64,000 nt of DNA from Heptranchias perlo. Lineage: Eukaryota. The notes under the pieces are model-generated. The model made no database searches, was not told the DNA's origin, and worked only from the letters and a program-made list of their open reading frames with translations. The stretch spans positions 16,554,001 through 16,618,000 of the forward strand of contig NC_090347.1 in assembly GCF_035084215.1 (NCBI RefSeq), in the 5' to 3' direction. A program made the translations under genes and the position numbers. This document shows, piece after piece, positions 49,203 through 62,870 of the stretch (positions are counted from its first letter, which is position 1; every line of letters begins with the position of its first letter).

Positions 49203-49981
49203 GGCCCGGAAATTGCTCTGAGCGGTGAATCAATGGTCCCAACCACTCATTAGACTTAAACTCACCCACTAAGTATCCGTGGGCTTTTCGGCGGCAATGG
49301 TGAGCTTAGACAAGTTCAGCGTTCTTTCCCGGGCTTCTCTTAGCTGTGTGAGCGGGGAAAGGATCGCTCTCTCACCTCAACCAATCAACTTGAAACATCA
49401 TTGACACGCCGTGCAGTGAGAACCAGGAAGTGAAGCATCCTTCAAAAGCCGCGCAAACCAAGAACCAGGAAGTGTCAGTTAGATTAATAAATGCACTATA
49501 AAATCAGTTAGAGAAAGCAAAATAAAGGGAGGATAAGATTAAAAGATAGAGATAAAAGAGACAGAAAGAAAAAGTAGAAAACTATTAATATCAGGAGGAA
49601 TGAGACTCCATGTTTTTAAAAGTTAATTTTCAGTGCCAGAGAGATTGTTTGGCAGTCATTAATCCTTACCATGCCAGTAAAAGTTAGATTAGACCTACTT
49701 GTGCCAGTTCAGAGCAGCACTAACTTTTTCAGTCTATTTTAGCGGTTACTCACTGCGTCCGAGCAGCAAGTTCACACTCCTCCATTCATTTCAATGGCGA
49801 GCCAGCTGGCAAGTTGTCAAACCGCGGAGTTTTTGGATCAGCAGGGAATCAGGAAGAGCAATTTCCGGATTTCCGTGTTTGACTGTGCATGTGCGCTCTC
49901 CGGAACTTGCTCTTCCATTTGCCGATAAAGAACGGTGAGCGCTGTTTGGCTCTCCGTTATTTTTGGAGCAATTTCCGGGCC
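49203..49981. mobile_element. 779-bp MITE (probably PIF/Harbinger) with perfect 16-bp TIRs
   Basis: GGCCCGGAAATTGCTC (49203-49218) and GAGCAATTTCCGGGCC (49966-49981); flanks AAC/AAT. Confidence 0.85.
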
Positions 49982-52272
49982 AATAAGTTTTTTCCCCTAA
50001 GTTGATTTCTTTTTTAAAAAAATTAGATGGGGGATTTTCCCCTCACATTCAAGGATAGGACCTCAACCTGCAGTACTCCTTTAAAGGCCTCTGCTAAAAA
50101 GACCTTGGTTGTTACGATATGGTCTGTTACATTGACTTTGGAACATCCACGTTTTACAGTAACAGTGGCATAGTTTTGACATTATCTGTAGCAGTAAAAA
50201 GTGAGTGTGTGCATGATGTGGTAGGTGCACATGAATATGCCAGTGATAAGTCACCACTTAATGCTGGACCTTGAGCTGTCTATTTTCTTAATCAAGAAAT
50301 TAGATTGTGAGCTTTATTGTGTTCTCCATTTCCATTTTTCTATCCGCATAATTTCCTGAAGACATATTTGAACTTTTAGCCACATCACGTGCACTGTTGT
50401 GGCTCTATAACTCGTTGACAATGTCTGGCACCATTAATTCAGATACACAGAGGCTTTCCAATGGTGGCATTGAATACACAGAACAGTCACTGAGTGACAC
50501 AGTTGCGGTCAGGAAATAAGCTGAAAGTTGTTATGTTTAATGACCTTCATTTGCTGTGTTTTCTGCCTATGCCATCAATTTGCAGTTGAATATCAGCACT
50601 TTTTAATAGCTTCGTGAAAACAGTCTCTGTTTTGGTGCACGCAGTCATAAATAAGGATCAGTGGTTGATGAGGTCAGATTTGCAGCCTGTTGGTTGGTTG
50701 CTGTGGCACACTGCCAGGTCTCTGATTGAATTCAGTGGGTCCCAAGGTAACTTTAGGTTGGAAATGTATTTCAGCTGCATTTTTGTCACCAATCAGGATC
50801 TTTGCAGCAACTTTTAAAGCGCTTTTTTGCTTACCTCTTTATGTTTCAGTCTGGGCCTCCGAGTGCTGCTCAGCCCTGCTTTAGATTTGTTGTTGAATGC
50901 TGGTCCCTGTAGGCCAGCTGGGCTCTGTGGTGTAATATGGAAATCCAATTGCAGAGGAGTGCAGACACGTGGAGCTGGCTCCCTCCATTTAGCTTGCGGA
51001 GTGAGATGTAGTTGATCAGATGGCAAATTCATTGTCCCACATTTTTTGCGTAATGGGATATTTGTACTTAGAATTGCAGCCAATGGGAGAACTACAGAAC
51101 TGCTTCACGTTGCTTCCCATGAATCGAATAACCCCCTTAAACTAACACTGGATCAATTCAACTTTGTGCAGCTGCACACAAATTTTGATTCAGCTGTGAT
51201 CCCTTTGAACATTTAATTCTCTTTGTAGCTTGTAACATGATCCTGTATGAATTGTGAAAATCATTTAGTGTCTATTTGTACTGATGTTTTTTATAGTATA
51301 GAGTGGCAGGAGAGAAGAAGCTGCAGAACACTGTATCATAACAAGAACATAAGAATTTTTAGGAACAAGTAAACCTATCCTTTCTTACCAGAGTAATCTC
51401 TTCTTTCCAGAAACACTTCTAATTATCTCCCGGGTAACATATTCCATAATTTTATTACCCTTTGATCGACAAAGCTCCGCCTGGCTTCTTGTCTTACTCC
51501 TAACTTCTTAATCTTTAACCTGACTCCCTGATAATCGTACTCTTCATTGTAGTAAACCAGTTTGAAGTAATCTAATGTTCGATAGTGTTCTTTTCCTCCC
51601 CTATAATCACTTTAATCACTCTGACTTACAAAAGATGGCTCGCCAGCAATGCTGAGTTACAGCAGTTCCTTAACAATTGTGAACTATCCCCAGAGCACTG
51701 CAGATCCAAGATATTTAGAATGCTTCTCACAAGTAAATGAATGCTGGAACTCACTGACACCGGTGATGAGTTTCAGAATTACGCAGGTCCTTGTAGAATC
51801 TTAACTGGGTCTTCAAGTTCATTCTGCAACATCGTTCTGCAAAACTAATGCGAATTGTTAAAATGATAATTTGAATTAACGTTTTAAATTTCCACCCTTC
51901 AAAAGGTCAGGACTCTAAACAGCATATTTACTAATCATAGTCAGTGAATCCACTTCTTTGTTATCGTTCAGAAAGAAAGACTATAAAGCATTTATCTTGT
52001 GCTTTCACGACCTCAGGACGTCCCAAAGCGATTTACAGCCAATGAAGTACTTTTGAAGTGTAGTCGCTGTTGTAATGTAGGAAATACTACTGAAGCCTTC
52101 AAAGGGTTAATTATCTTGGGTAAGTATCTAGACTGTGTTAGTCTTAGTGGTCAATTTCTGCCATGCATGTCCTTGAGTGGCCAAATTTATTTGAGCTGAT
52201 GGTGGATTTTAATCAGTAATGTGAACAGCATGGGTTTGGAGCATTTGGATCATATTTGTATTTAGAACATGC

Positions 52273-53719
52273 ACTCATATCGGGCCATGGCACAAATGGG
52301 TCAGTGTCTGCTGTGAGATGTTGGCACGAGATCTGCTCCCAAAGCTGAGGCTCACTCACCTCCATCTGTCACTGTTGAAAGCATTTCTCTCATTCCACTT
52401 TCTAACTGCTAGAAAGAGGACCATGCTCCGGCAGCATACCACATCTCGAGGCAGCAAAAAAACTGACATAGCTCACCTCAGATTACCAGAGAACTGTTGC
52501 TGGCATCTATGTAGAAGCTTAGGCTAAGCCATCCTTCCCTTTAAGCTCAAAAAGGTAAGGAGCAGGAAACCTAAAGAAGACAAAAATATACCAGTTCGAC
52601 AGTAGACAAAAAGTTGCCAGTTTCCTTCATCAGTAATCTCTCTATGACCTTTAAATGCAAAATTACACATAGCTAAAGTGAGAGTGACGTTAATGATACA
52701 ATCGAGGACCTGCCTCCAGTAACTGGTGTCGTTCCTTATTTTTGATGTGTGATTTTGGTCAATGTTACTATGCAAGGGCCACTGATCATATACTAAGTAA
52801 GCTTCCAAATAACAATCAGATGTTTCATGTATCGCTATATTTTGAGATAAACGTTGCCAGTTTCCCATTCCACTTATCCATGCAGAGTCATCTGAAATCC
52901 CTGAAAAGTTAACAGGGTTGGCAGTAATTTTTATCCCGCTCAGGAAAATAGTGTAACCAGGTTTGTTTAAGTTTGATTCCAGCCTTCAATATGCTTTCAT
53001 AATAAGATGCTGAAAAGCATTGATTTATCTTAGTCATGTGGGAATGGTCCCTCAGGTTGACAAGGGCCATGTTTTGCAATAAAACATTTCTGTTCCGAAC
53101 TTAAAGTTTGCACACTAAATTTTGGCTCGTCAGTGCGATTTTCTCTAAACAACTCAGGTGTCATGGAGGAGGTGTATAGTCTGGGGAGGGGAGTATTCCT
53201 ACTCTGTGATAGAGGAAAGGCTCAGGGATGAACGAAGCAGCAAATGTAAAAGCACCTGCAATGTAACAGGAGTTCCTCATGTAGATTGGTGTGAAGGAAT
53301 ACCACAATTCCTTGAAGCCACTCAACACTCTATCCGCTTCCAATTTTGCGCGACAGATTTAGCGGGTTGTTGTACATTACGCTTATCACCTCATTCTCCA
53401 AGACTCTGACACAATTGTTAACTTTTTGTGATCTTTGCATTTTAAAATAATTTTAATGCATTCTTTGCTGTTCTCTAAGTAACTACCTTGTCTATTTAGT
53501 AAGTTGTCAGACCCGTCTTCCCGCCCTCCCCCAAAGATGAACATTGCAGCACGTTTAGGAGATAAGACATTTTCTCTGCCACTCCATAGGAAATGACTAC
53601 TTTTTGTTTGCATATTTATGACTAAACAATGCTCCTATTGTTTACAAATCAGGACAGAAAAGAGTTACTGAGGTGACCGACAGGAATGCCGCAATATTGG
53701 CTACAACCCTAGTATGAGT
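52273..53719 (-). mobile_element. Fossil hAT transposon (TTF-zinc finger/ZMYM1-like transposase fragments)
   Basis: Minus-strand peptides KHGPCQPEGPFP, NWQRLSQNIAIHETS, YWRQVLDCIINVTLTLAMCNFAFKGHRE, GNFLSTVEL; degenerate inverted ends at 52273-52291 and 53700-53719. Confidence 0.7.
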
Positions 53720-54499
53720 TATGCTTTTCATAATGCATGATAATGTTATTATTATAGCATACAATGTGCCATTGTGTTGCTGAATTAGTCACCCATTGCT
53801 TCAAAAAATTAAAATATGCAACTAGTTCACTAAATATCACTGTTTTCAAAATGTACGACACAAAGTCTAATACATCACTTATCTGGCAATATTGTGCAAC
53901 TACCTTAATGTTCAGTTTTATGGCTTTACATATGAATACAGTAGCTCACCTGATGGTTAAGCCATACAGACCAGAATGTCCCTGTCTCAATCCCTGATCT
54001 GTGCTAAATTAGCTGATCTTAGCCAGGATGCACACTAAGGGTGCTACAGTTTACCTTAGGGACCTTAGGTTAGAAATGGAAAAGCTGTCCAAAATTCTTA
54101 GCCAAACCCAATGCACACATACAGAATCATTGGATATTGACCAGAACTGTGATGCTATCCATGATTGAATATCCTCTAACACTCATTGTTGAAGCTCTTA
54201 CACATGATTAGTGAGTACTTGAGTAAAGTGCCAGAGGGCACCTGAGTCAATGTCTTCAGGAGAAGGGAAAAAAAAACTTACACATGAATGTAATGGCATC
54301 ATTTCCATATGGTGAGCTGATAAAAAATTCTATGTTTAGATTTATGTAGCCAATATTTTGAACCCTAACTAGGCATTCATCAGTTTTCCCATTTCATTCA
54401 CAAATTATTCTTTGTTCTCCAAATAACGATGAAACATACCAGAGTGCGACATTGACTCCTTTCTAGAGTAAAACTTCCATGGGCTCCAATCCATACATA

Positions 54500-54900
54500 C
54501 ACAATGTGCCTTCCCCAGCACATTGATTTTAAAATACCTGTGCCCATTTATAAATCTGTCCATGGCCTTAATCTACCCACCTCTGCAATTTCCTCTGGCC
54601 TTGTGCCCCAGCTCACACTGTCTGCTTTTCCAATTCTGGACTATTGTGCGTCCCACTTCGTCTGCTCAACCACCAGTGGCAAAGCCTGCAATTATCATGT
54701 TCCTAAACTCGGGAATTCCCTTCATAAACCCCTTTGCCTTACTATATCTCTTCAAAATCCTCCTAAGAAACTATCTTTTTAACCATGCCTGTGGTCACCT
54801 CAACCTAACCTGTGTCCTAACTGCTGTTCAGTGTCCCACCCTCCTGTGAAGCATCGTTGGACGTTTTTCTACATTACAGCTGCTAATAAATGCAAGTTGT
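54500..54900 (+). mobile_element. L2 LINE 3' fragment
   Basis: IDFKIPVPIYKSVHGL.. remnant plus TGTGAAGC..GGACGTTTTTCTAC..AAATGCAAGTTGT tail. Confidence 0.7.
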
Positions 54901-54959
54901 CATTGCTATCTACCCTTGTTAGACAAGCCTAATAGAGGATGAACTTGCATCCCGTACTA

Positions 54960-56575
54960 CCCACATCCTCTATCCCCTTCCAATCCCACTTCCTTCTGTG
55001 TTTGTCCCTGGTAAGAAACTCTCCTCAAATCACTTACAACTGCACTTTCTAAATTCCAACTGCTTAGCCTTTGGCCTTCCATTTGCCACAATATTTCTGC
55101 AGCTGTCGATCTGCTCAACCACTCCCTCATGTCCATTTTTTATTTCCTTTGTCACGAGCAAACATTTAATTTCTCCCGCCCCAGTCGACCCACTCCCTCT
55201 GGTATTGACCCATCTTCAATCCCTCAAGTCCAAGTGGCGCAGACTTGAGCGTAACGATCCATTACCAGATCTGGTTGGACTACGTCATTTACAATCAGGT
55301 CTCATTATCCTCAGCTAAAACCGAACACTACTCCGTGGTTACCCTCGAGTGCCAAAATAACTCCCAGCTTCTTTTCTCCACTACCAATCATCTCCTTAAA
55401 CCCTTCTTCCTTTCCATTCTCACCTCCAAAAACAAGCATGGACTTCTTTGTCACTAAGATTCGGACCATCCGTACAGCTGTCCCTGCTGTTACCCACGTC
55501 CACACTAAGCCAAATCTTCCTCCTAGATCCCCCCTGCCCTAGCTCTGAAAGAGCCTCTTTCTCAAGTTTCTTTCCTATCTCCCCTCATGCCCTCTCCAAG
55601 CTCACCTTGTCCCTGAGACCCACCTCCTGCTCCCTTAACCCCGTTTCCACTAAACTGCTGACCACTCGACTTCTCTTCTTGGCCCCCATGCTAGATAACA
55701 TTGTAAATGCATCCCTCTTCTCAGGTACTGTACGCCTCCCTTTCAAAACCACGTCATCAAACCACTTATCAAAATACCCAACTTCCATCCCTCCATCCTT
55801 GCAAAGTACTGCCCTATCTCCAACCTCCCTTTCTTCTCCAAAGTTCTTGAATATGTTGTTGCCTCCCAAATCCATGCCCATCGTTCCTGCTTAGCATCTG
55901 ACCACATATACTCTCCATCACAAAGACCACCTATTTCCACCTACGTAACATCAATCACCTCTGCCCTTCCCTCAGCCCATCTGTCGCTGAAACCCTCATC
56001 CATGCTTTTGTCACATCCAGACACAACTGTCCAATGCTTTCCTGGCTGGCCTCCCATTCCCCACCCTCGATATTTCAGCACATCCAAAACTCTGCTGCCC
56101 TTATCATCCCACACAAAGCCCTGCTCACCATCTCTCCTGTCCTTGCGGATCTACATTGGATCTTGGGCACCAATGCCTCCAATTTAAAATTCTCATTCTT
56201 GTGTTTGAATCCTTTGATGGTTTTGCTCCTCCCTATCTCTGTATCATCCAGCAGCCCTACAACCCTCACCCCCCCCTCAAATTCTCCATTCCTCTGACTC
56301 TGGCCTTTTGTGCATCCCCTCATCCCATTGCCCCATCATCAGCAGCCTTGTTTCAGCTGTTCAAGCCCCATGCTCTGGAATTCCCTCCCTAAATTCCTTC
56401 ACCTCTCCACTTTTTTCTCCTCCTTTAAGATCCTCCTTAAAACCCACCTCTTTGACCAAGCATTTGGTCACCCCTCCTAATATCTCCCTTTTTGGATCAA
56501 TATCCATTTTTGTCTGATTTAAGCCTCTGTGAAATGCCTTGGTTTTTTTCTATGTTAAATGCATGTTGTTATTAA
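54960..56575 (+). mobile_element. Degenerate L2 LINE with internal deletions, same family as 5292-8500
   Basis: SSAKTEHYS..NNSQLLFSTTNHLL, LAPMLDNIVNASL.SGTV.LPFK, VLADLHW, L2 tail. Confidence 0.8.
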
Positions 56576-59500
56576 TGACGTTGATGTTGATGGACTGGGA
56601 CAATGTTAGTTTAAAAGTGTGCCCACTTCATAACGGTAATGCTATTTAGAGACTTGTTATTGTTTATCAGTCGCTAAGTATTTACCAAAACATCTAACAT
56701 ACTTGGCAAAAAAGACAATCTGTAATCCATCTCTAAAACAATCAAAGTACTTTGCTACAGAGCCACCGGCTGATTTGGGTATTTGACCAAAGATTAATTT
56801 CAACTGCGGTGGAACTGCAATAGTTTGAAGCCTCTGAAGTAATGGACCTTAACTGGTATTCGGATATTTTTGGGAGGGTCTTAAATTACCCCTCACAGTC
56901 AATGATTTTGAGTTTGATGTGACGCAATCAAAGAACTATTGATGAATAATATGATTTACACCCATTAGCAACTAAAATATTTTCAAAATTGGTGAGAAAG
57001 ACTTGTTTGTAAAGACTGGAATTGTTGCAAGCTTACCTGTTCCTTTCTGTTTTTTCTGTCTTTGAGAGAAGTCACCCCTGCCCGGGCTCCACCACCCCTC
57101 CCCCGATCCCCCCCCCCCTTTCCTCACTTCGCTTGCTGGGGACCATTTCCGTGGGTCCCCAGGGTGGCCTGGACTCCAACCCCCCGGCGGTGACATCATT
57201 CCCACTGGTTTCAGGCGGGAGTCAATATTGCAGCATGCTAACTATGCCGGGCATTAAATCTCCTGGGCCTCATGCTCCTGGATGGGGTGCTGCCTGCTTC
57301 AGCCCACACACCCACGATTCCCACCACGGGTTATAATCGGGGCTGTAATTATTGCAGAGCATTGTTGTCCAATAATTAATATCCTGAGATATTGTAGGAG
57401 AAATGAAGAATCGTTTTTCGAACTCACAGGTAAAGAAGTAGCTGTAGAAATAAAAATATTCCCACTGGCATCACATCACAAAACAAATTAATATCATAAA
57501 GCAACTTGGACTGATTTAATTGGGCATCAAAAACTGTTTATGGATAAAAGTCTAGTCATGAGTAACTCTGCTTGTAAGGCAACCATGATTCGCTCGTACA
57601 CTCATCATTCAGGAATAATATGCTCAGCCTCATTTGAGATATTTATCATTTACATGGCTGCCCGTGACACAGGCACCGTCTGTTAGTTATGTGAGTGTTT
57701 ACTTGAGTGGGAATATTTTCTGTATTACCACAGTCTTGTAAACAGCTGACAAGACACTGGGGTTAATTTGCATTGGTGGTGCACTGATTAATCCATTGGT
57801 CTAAAATTCTTTTGTGCTATTTAATTGCTGTCATTAACCCATTTATGTTAAGCAGGTTAACAAGTGTTAAAAAAGAAATGTTACAGGAACATATTAATCA
57901 GTGTGCTAATGGGGGAAATTAAATCTCAATGTATCAAAACTCTAATTAAAATGAAACAAACTATAAATGACTAATTCAGATGTATTGTACAAGAGAATGT
58001 GATGTATCATTAGCATAATATAGAATATCTTCACTTCAGTCATTCATTAAAATATTTTGGTCCAGTTAAGATTGTTATGTATCACAATCACCATGATTTA
58101 CATTAATGCTATTTTTTTGAAGAGGGGGACAATCCAGTGTTTTAGATCATATTATACAATATGGTTTTGGTGAAAGGCTTACACAAGAGTAAAAAGTTTT
58201 TACTCAAGAGAAAGAATAGCAATAATATGCTGTTAACAGCCAACAATTTTTCCCCTCACTATTTTTCCACTTCCAGCCTTACCAGGCTATTTACATCGTG
58301 CAGCTGAAAGCATGGGTGGGTGACCTGCTCCCAGGCCTGTGTTGTGCAGGAGCCAGCTGCCATACGGAAGATAAGAGCAGCTCGATGACTCCTTGCTCTT
58401 CATTTGTTTGGAGGAGATATCTGGCCTTTTGCTTAGTGCTTCCCGTCAGCAGTAAAACTGGCATCAGGTGCTCAGCAGAGTAGGACTAGAGTGTATGCCC
58501 CCATTCCAAGTTCTACACATTAGCGTTGTAATGCACTGTGTCACCATACTTTTTAGGGTGGCATTCCACTGGTTCCATGGATACCGTGACATGTTTGAAA
58601 ACATCTGGAATACATCACCCGCTGCAGTTCATTCAGCAATGTTTAATTTATACTGAACCATTCTCAGTTTCACTCCAGTGAATTACATCACAGGCATAAA
58701 AGCAGCATGGGCACCTGTAGAGTCATTGGGAGTAGAATATGATAGTATGACATTCATAATAAGCACAAATAGATGGAGGTTGAAATTCCGCAGAGTACCA
58801 CTTTCAGTGCATTGGTTAACATGTTTCTGAGTGATATTTAACAAAGTTGTTCCGCACAAGTGCGTTAACTAGTGTGCTAAAAATGGCACTGAGGAGATTT
58901 TCACCCCTACTGAATTTTCACATTTGATTCACACTTTAGTGAGTGTAACAAATGTGAGCACTACTAATTAATAACCGCCAGGGCACAGCGCATGCTGTAG
59001 CTTCCTATTGTGCATGTGCAGCAGCCTGTTTATAACACACCCTGTCATTCCCTTTTAGAAATTAAGGATTTGTTTTGGTTTTGGTAGATTTATTCATGCC
59101 GTGGAAGCCACAGTGAAAAGAAGAAGAAGTTGTGAGACTGAAAAAAAAGGATTAGTACCGTGAGTGAAGATAGTGATTATAGACAACACGGTTTGAAGAA
59201 TGAAGAGCCTGAAATCGGTACGCATGAGATGGAATAATTTTAAAACACAAATTGTTGCATTTTTAAAAAAAGAGCAAAATCCCAATTATTCAATTTTATA
59301 TGTCTGCCACCAGCTTTAGTTGTTTCCAGGGAACCAAAATGGGTGTGTTATAAGGAAGAGCACATGACCGAACTAACCACAATTAGCATTGCCACTCTAA
59401 ACAGAATTATGACCAATTGCCTTAGTATGGGTATTTAATCCTATTATTTTAAAAGGTTTTATAATAACAGCACTTAGTTTTGAAAATGTTGTCCATCCTG

Positions 59501-60055
59501 TATTTTATTCTGTATATATCTTAAACATATATAAATGTAGCAGTTAATCACCTCACATCATTGATTGGGTGATGTTCGCAGCTAAGCAGGCTGACTAAAG
59601 TGCCTGTCAAAGTATTTTAACACGTCAGAGTATTTTGAATGAAGTTGCACAAAACTGTAATGTACGCCAAATAATGTAGCAGTAGTAATAAAATGTTGCA
59701 ATATATGTTGTCTGTTATTATTTAATCAGCTTTATGCAATATTATGTTTTATGGATGTGTTTACATTTCAGACATCACAAATAAATATTTTATACTATAT
59801 TATATCTTATATTTAAAAGATAGTTTATTTTAACAACACCAAGCAAATGGAGCCCTGCAGCTCCAGAACATGAGCTAAATTGAGAGTGTGATGTATTAGA
59901 TTCAATCACAGACATTTGGAAAAATATAAATATACAAATGTATTGTACAGAGAAAAAAACATGAACAAAGAAGTAAAACAGAAGGTGTGACATTAATATC
60001 AAACATGAAGATGACAGATCCCCTTTTTTCCCCAGACAATCAGAAAAACATTACA

Positions 60056-60214
60056 GGGGTAAAATTCAACTTTGGTCGGGGTGCAAAATGAGCGCTAGCG
60101 GATCAGCTGCCTGTTATACATCCCGACCAAAGGAAAGAAAATCAGCCGGTGTATAACGGGCGGTTGATCCGCTACCATCTGTTTTGTGCCCCCGCTAAAG
60201 TTGAATTTTACCCC
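60056..60214. mobile_element. 159-bp fold-back MITE
   Basis: 18-bp perfect TIR GGGGTAAAATTCAACTTT / AAAGTTGAATTTTACCCC; internal TAGCGGATCA..GTTATACA pairs with TGTATAAC..TGATCCGCTA. Confidence 0.8.
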
Positions 60215-60262
60215 CCTACGTTCAGTAGGCTTCTTTGCTCGTCTAACATTTTAAGAATGGCT

Positions 60263-60700
60263 GGGGTAGATTTTAACTTTTGGGCGACCAATACAAAAAG
60301 GACCGAAGCCATTTCAAGCCTCGGAACCCATTTAAATAGAACCAGCGAGCCGCCCACGCCAAACGGGTGTCCAAGGTCAGCGCAATATCAGGCAAACCAA
60401 AGGCTGCCCATGGGAATTGCCTCGGTGGCGGGGGGGCCGGAGCCTGGAGAGGTAGCTGCCTGGTTTATTTTTGTGGGGCCTGGAGGACCCACTCCTGCTC
60501 CTCCTAGCCCCAGGAAAATAATTTAAAACTTAACCTTTGTCGGTCGGCTGTACCGCCAATAAAACTGCTCGGAATGCACATGGTCCGCCCAGTTCTATCC
60601 TGAAATGGCAATCCAGGATATCATGGGACACGGATTTGCATATTAAAAAACAGGTGGGCACTTCGGCTGCCCAGCAGTAGACCCCTTTCAAAATAGTGGC
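60263..60700 (+). mobile_element. Non-autonomous DNA element related to 31937-32340
   Basis: Both begin GGGG..GATTTTAACTT and share GGAGGA.CACTCCTG..AAAATAATTT.AA..CTTA. Confidence 0.5.
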
Positions 60701-62569
60701 AGCCAGACTGTCAGCATTAACGACACAGTAAGTCTATCGCTCCCATTCCAAAACCGTTACCACCTCATTAATGCCAAGTTAAAAATGACCTGATGTTTTT
60801 TTGTACCTTACAGCATACCCTATATAAGCCCATTAAAGCATAGGGCATGTTCTGGAAATCTTTTGCTGTATATGGCTTCACCATTAGTAAAGGAGTTATG
60901 CAAACCCTGGGCCCACAGTGACTAGCAGTCTCTAGCAAATGGTGGTCTGCTGTCTTAAAAATCCCCTCACTTGACCCATACATAAAACATACTGCACTCT
61001 GATATGTGCAGTATGGGGTGGGGAGTGTATATATTGTGATACACAAGGTATCATGATTGCATGGGACAGGCTGGATGGACCAGAGGGTCTTTTTCTATCC
61101 GTCGCTGTTCAACTGTTCGTATGTTCTGATTCAAGGTTGAAAACAAAATTTTTAAAATATTTTTTAGAATCAGTTTGCCTGTGGCACTGTAGGAAATTAA
61201 AATGCATGGTTACCATTTACAGAACTGGAGTAGTGACAATGGACTTTAATATGTGCAGCTGTCACATGCAGCATTTAAATAGTTTAGGTCTTTATACTGA
61301 GACATGAATGTTAAAATTTTGCTTTAGCCTCATGATTCTTTTGTGCAAAATGTTTTATTTTAGGCTGATGACCCCAGAAAGGGGATTTTCAAGATGAAAA
61401 AGCTGCCGCAGGGACTGATAACTGTGATATTATATTTTATTCCATGTACTTAAAGTCACTCACATGAATATGAATACAATTGTAAACACGCATGGTTGAA
61501 CGTTTCCATTTGGACATTCGCAAACTGTTGTACTGTTCAGTTTTCATTCCCAACATCTGTGACCAATACAAACAGCTAAGCCATATAGGACAATTGCAGG
61601 AGTGTATTAACATAGTTCTGCAAGAAACTACAATGGAATCATGAAGGTCTTTCTTAAAGTGGGAACAAACAATACATTCCTTCTATTCAACAGGTATCAT
61701 TCTGAACTGATAGTGACTTACTCAGTTATCTTATTATGTAACCTATGTACTTATAATTGATCATTGTTTATGCAATAGAAGTTATGCATTTCAGAGCAAT
61801 GTTGATTATTGCGGCATGAGCTGTGTTGAAACCAAGATAAACACAACTTAGATCACTCGCCGTAGCCTCAATGGCAAATTGAACATACAGTGTGATAGTG
61901 AGCAATATTTAGCAGGAAGGCCCCCAGTTCAGATGCCAGGACAGCAATAGGGACATTTCCATTGGCTTAGGTGCCCCCTCAGAGTCATGCTTCTGATTAC
62001 CTGTTGGAAGTGTGTGTGGTGAGTTGGGTGAGGATGGCACCAGGCTCAGCTGTGATCCCCCCCCCCCCCCCAAGCAAGTCGATGCTGCTGAAGGTTCACA
62101 CATGAATAATATAGACTATTGGGTGAGTTAGCACAGGGTGACCAGCACCCATGGAAACATGTTTCAGCAAGGAGTCACTATCTTAAGGAGGGAGAGAAAA
62201 TGCTGCAAGTATCTTTGCTGTTGGAATTTTATTATAGTGCACGAAGTGACTCTTAGCCAGTCAGAAAATGTTTTTAAATGGTAGCTTATTGACGGACTTA
62301 GTTAAGACTGCAGTTTTATCTCAGTACCGAACCAATTAAAGCAAAATTCAAGAAGAGCTTAGCCCAACAGGAGCAGCCTTGCCGATTCAGCAATACTCGA
62401 CAGGGTGGACTGCTGTAAAAAGGAAGATGGAAGCACACCCAGAACCCACTTCAGGCACCATATTAATTGGGACCTTACCAAACAACATATTCTGATGGGG
62501 CAGGCTGGCCAATCTGCAATCCACCCCAGCATCAACAGAATAGCGTTGGTCTGAAGGATCCATATAGGA

Positions 62570-62870
62570 ACTTATCGTGTCCTCAGGTTGTGTCAAAGCA
62601 CTTTACAGCCAATGAATTACTTTTCAAATGCAGTCACTGTAGTTATGTATCCAAACGCAGCAGCCAATTTGTGCACTGTAAGATCCCACAAAGAGCAAAT
62701 CAGTGAATGACCACAATCTGCTTTTGGTGCTTATGGTTGAGGGAGGAATGTTGGGCAGGACAATGGGATAGTTCGCTGCTCTTCTTCAAATAGTATCATA
62801 GGATCTTTTACATCCACTTGTGCAGATCGAGAGGGCCTCCGTTTAACATCTCATCTGAAAAATGGCACAA
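62570..62870 (-). mobile_element. Deu-domain SINE, minus strand
   Basis: Reverse complement of the Deu core (CTCTTCTTCAAATAGT..GGATCTTTTACATCCAC..GTTTAACATCTCATC). Confidence 0.75.
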
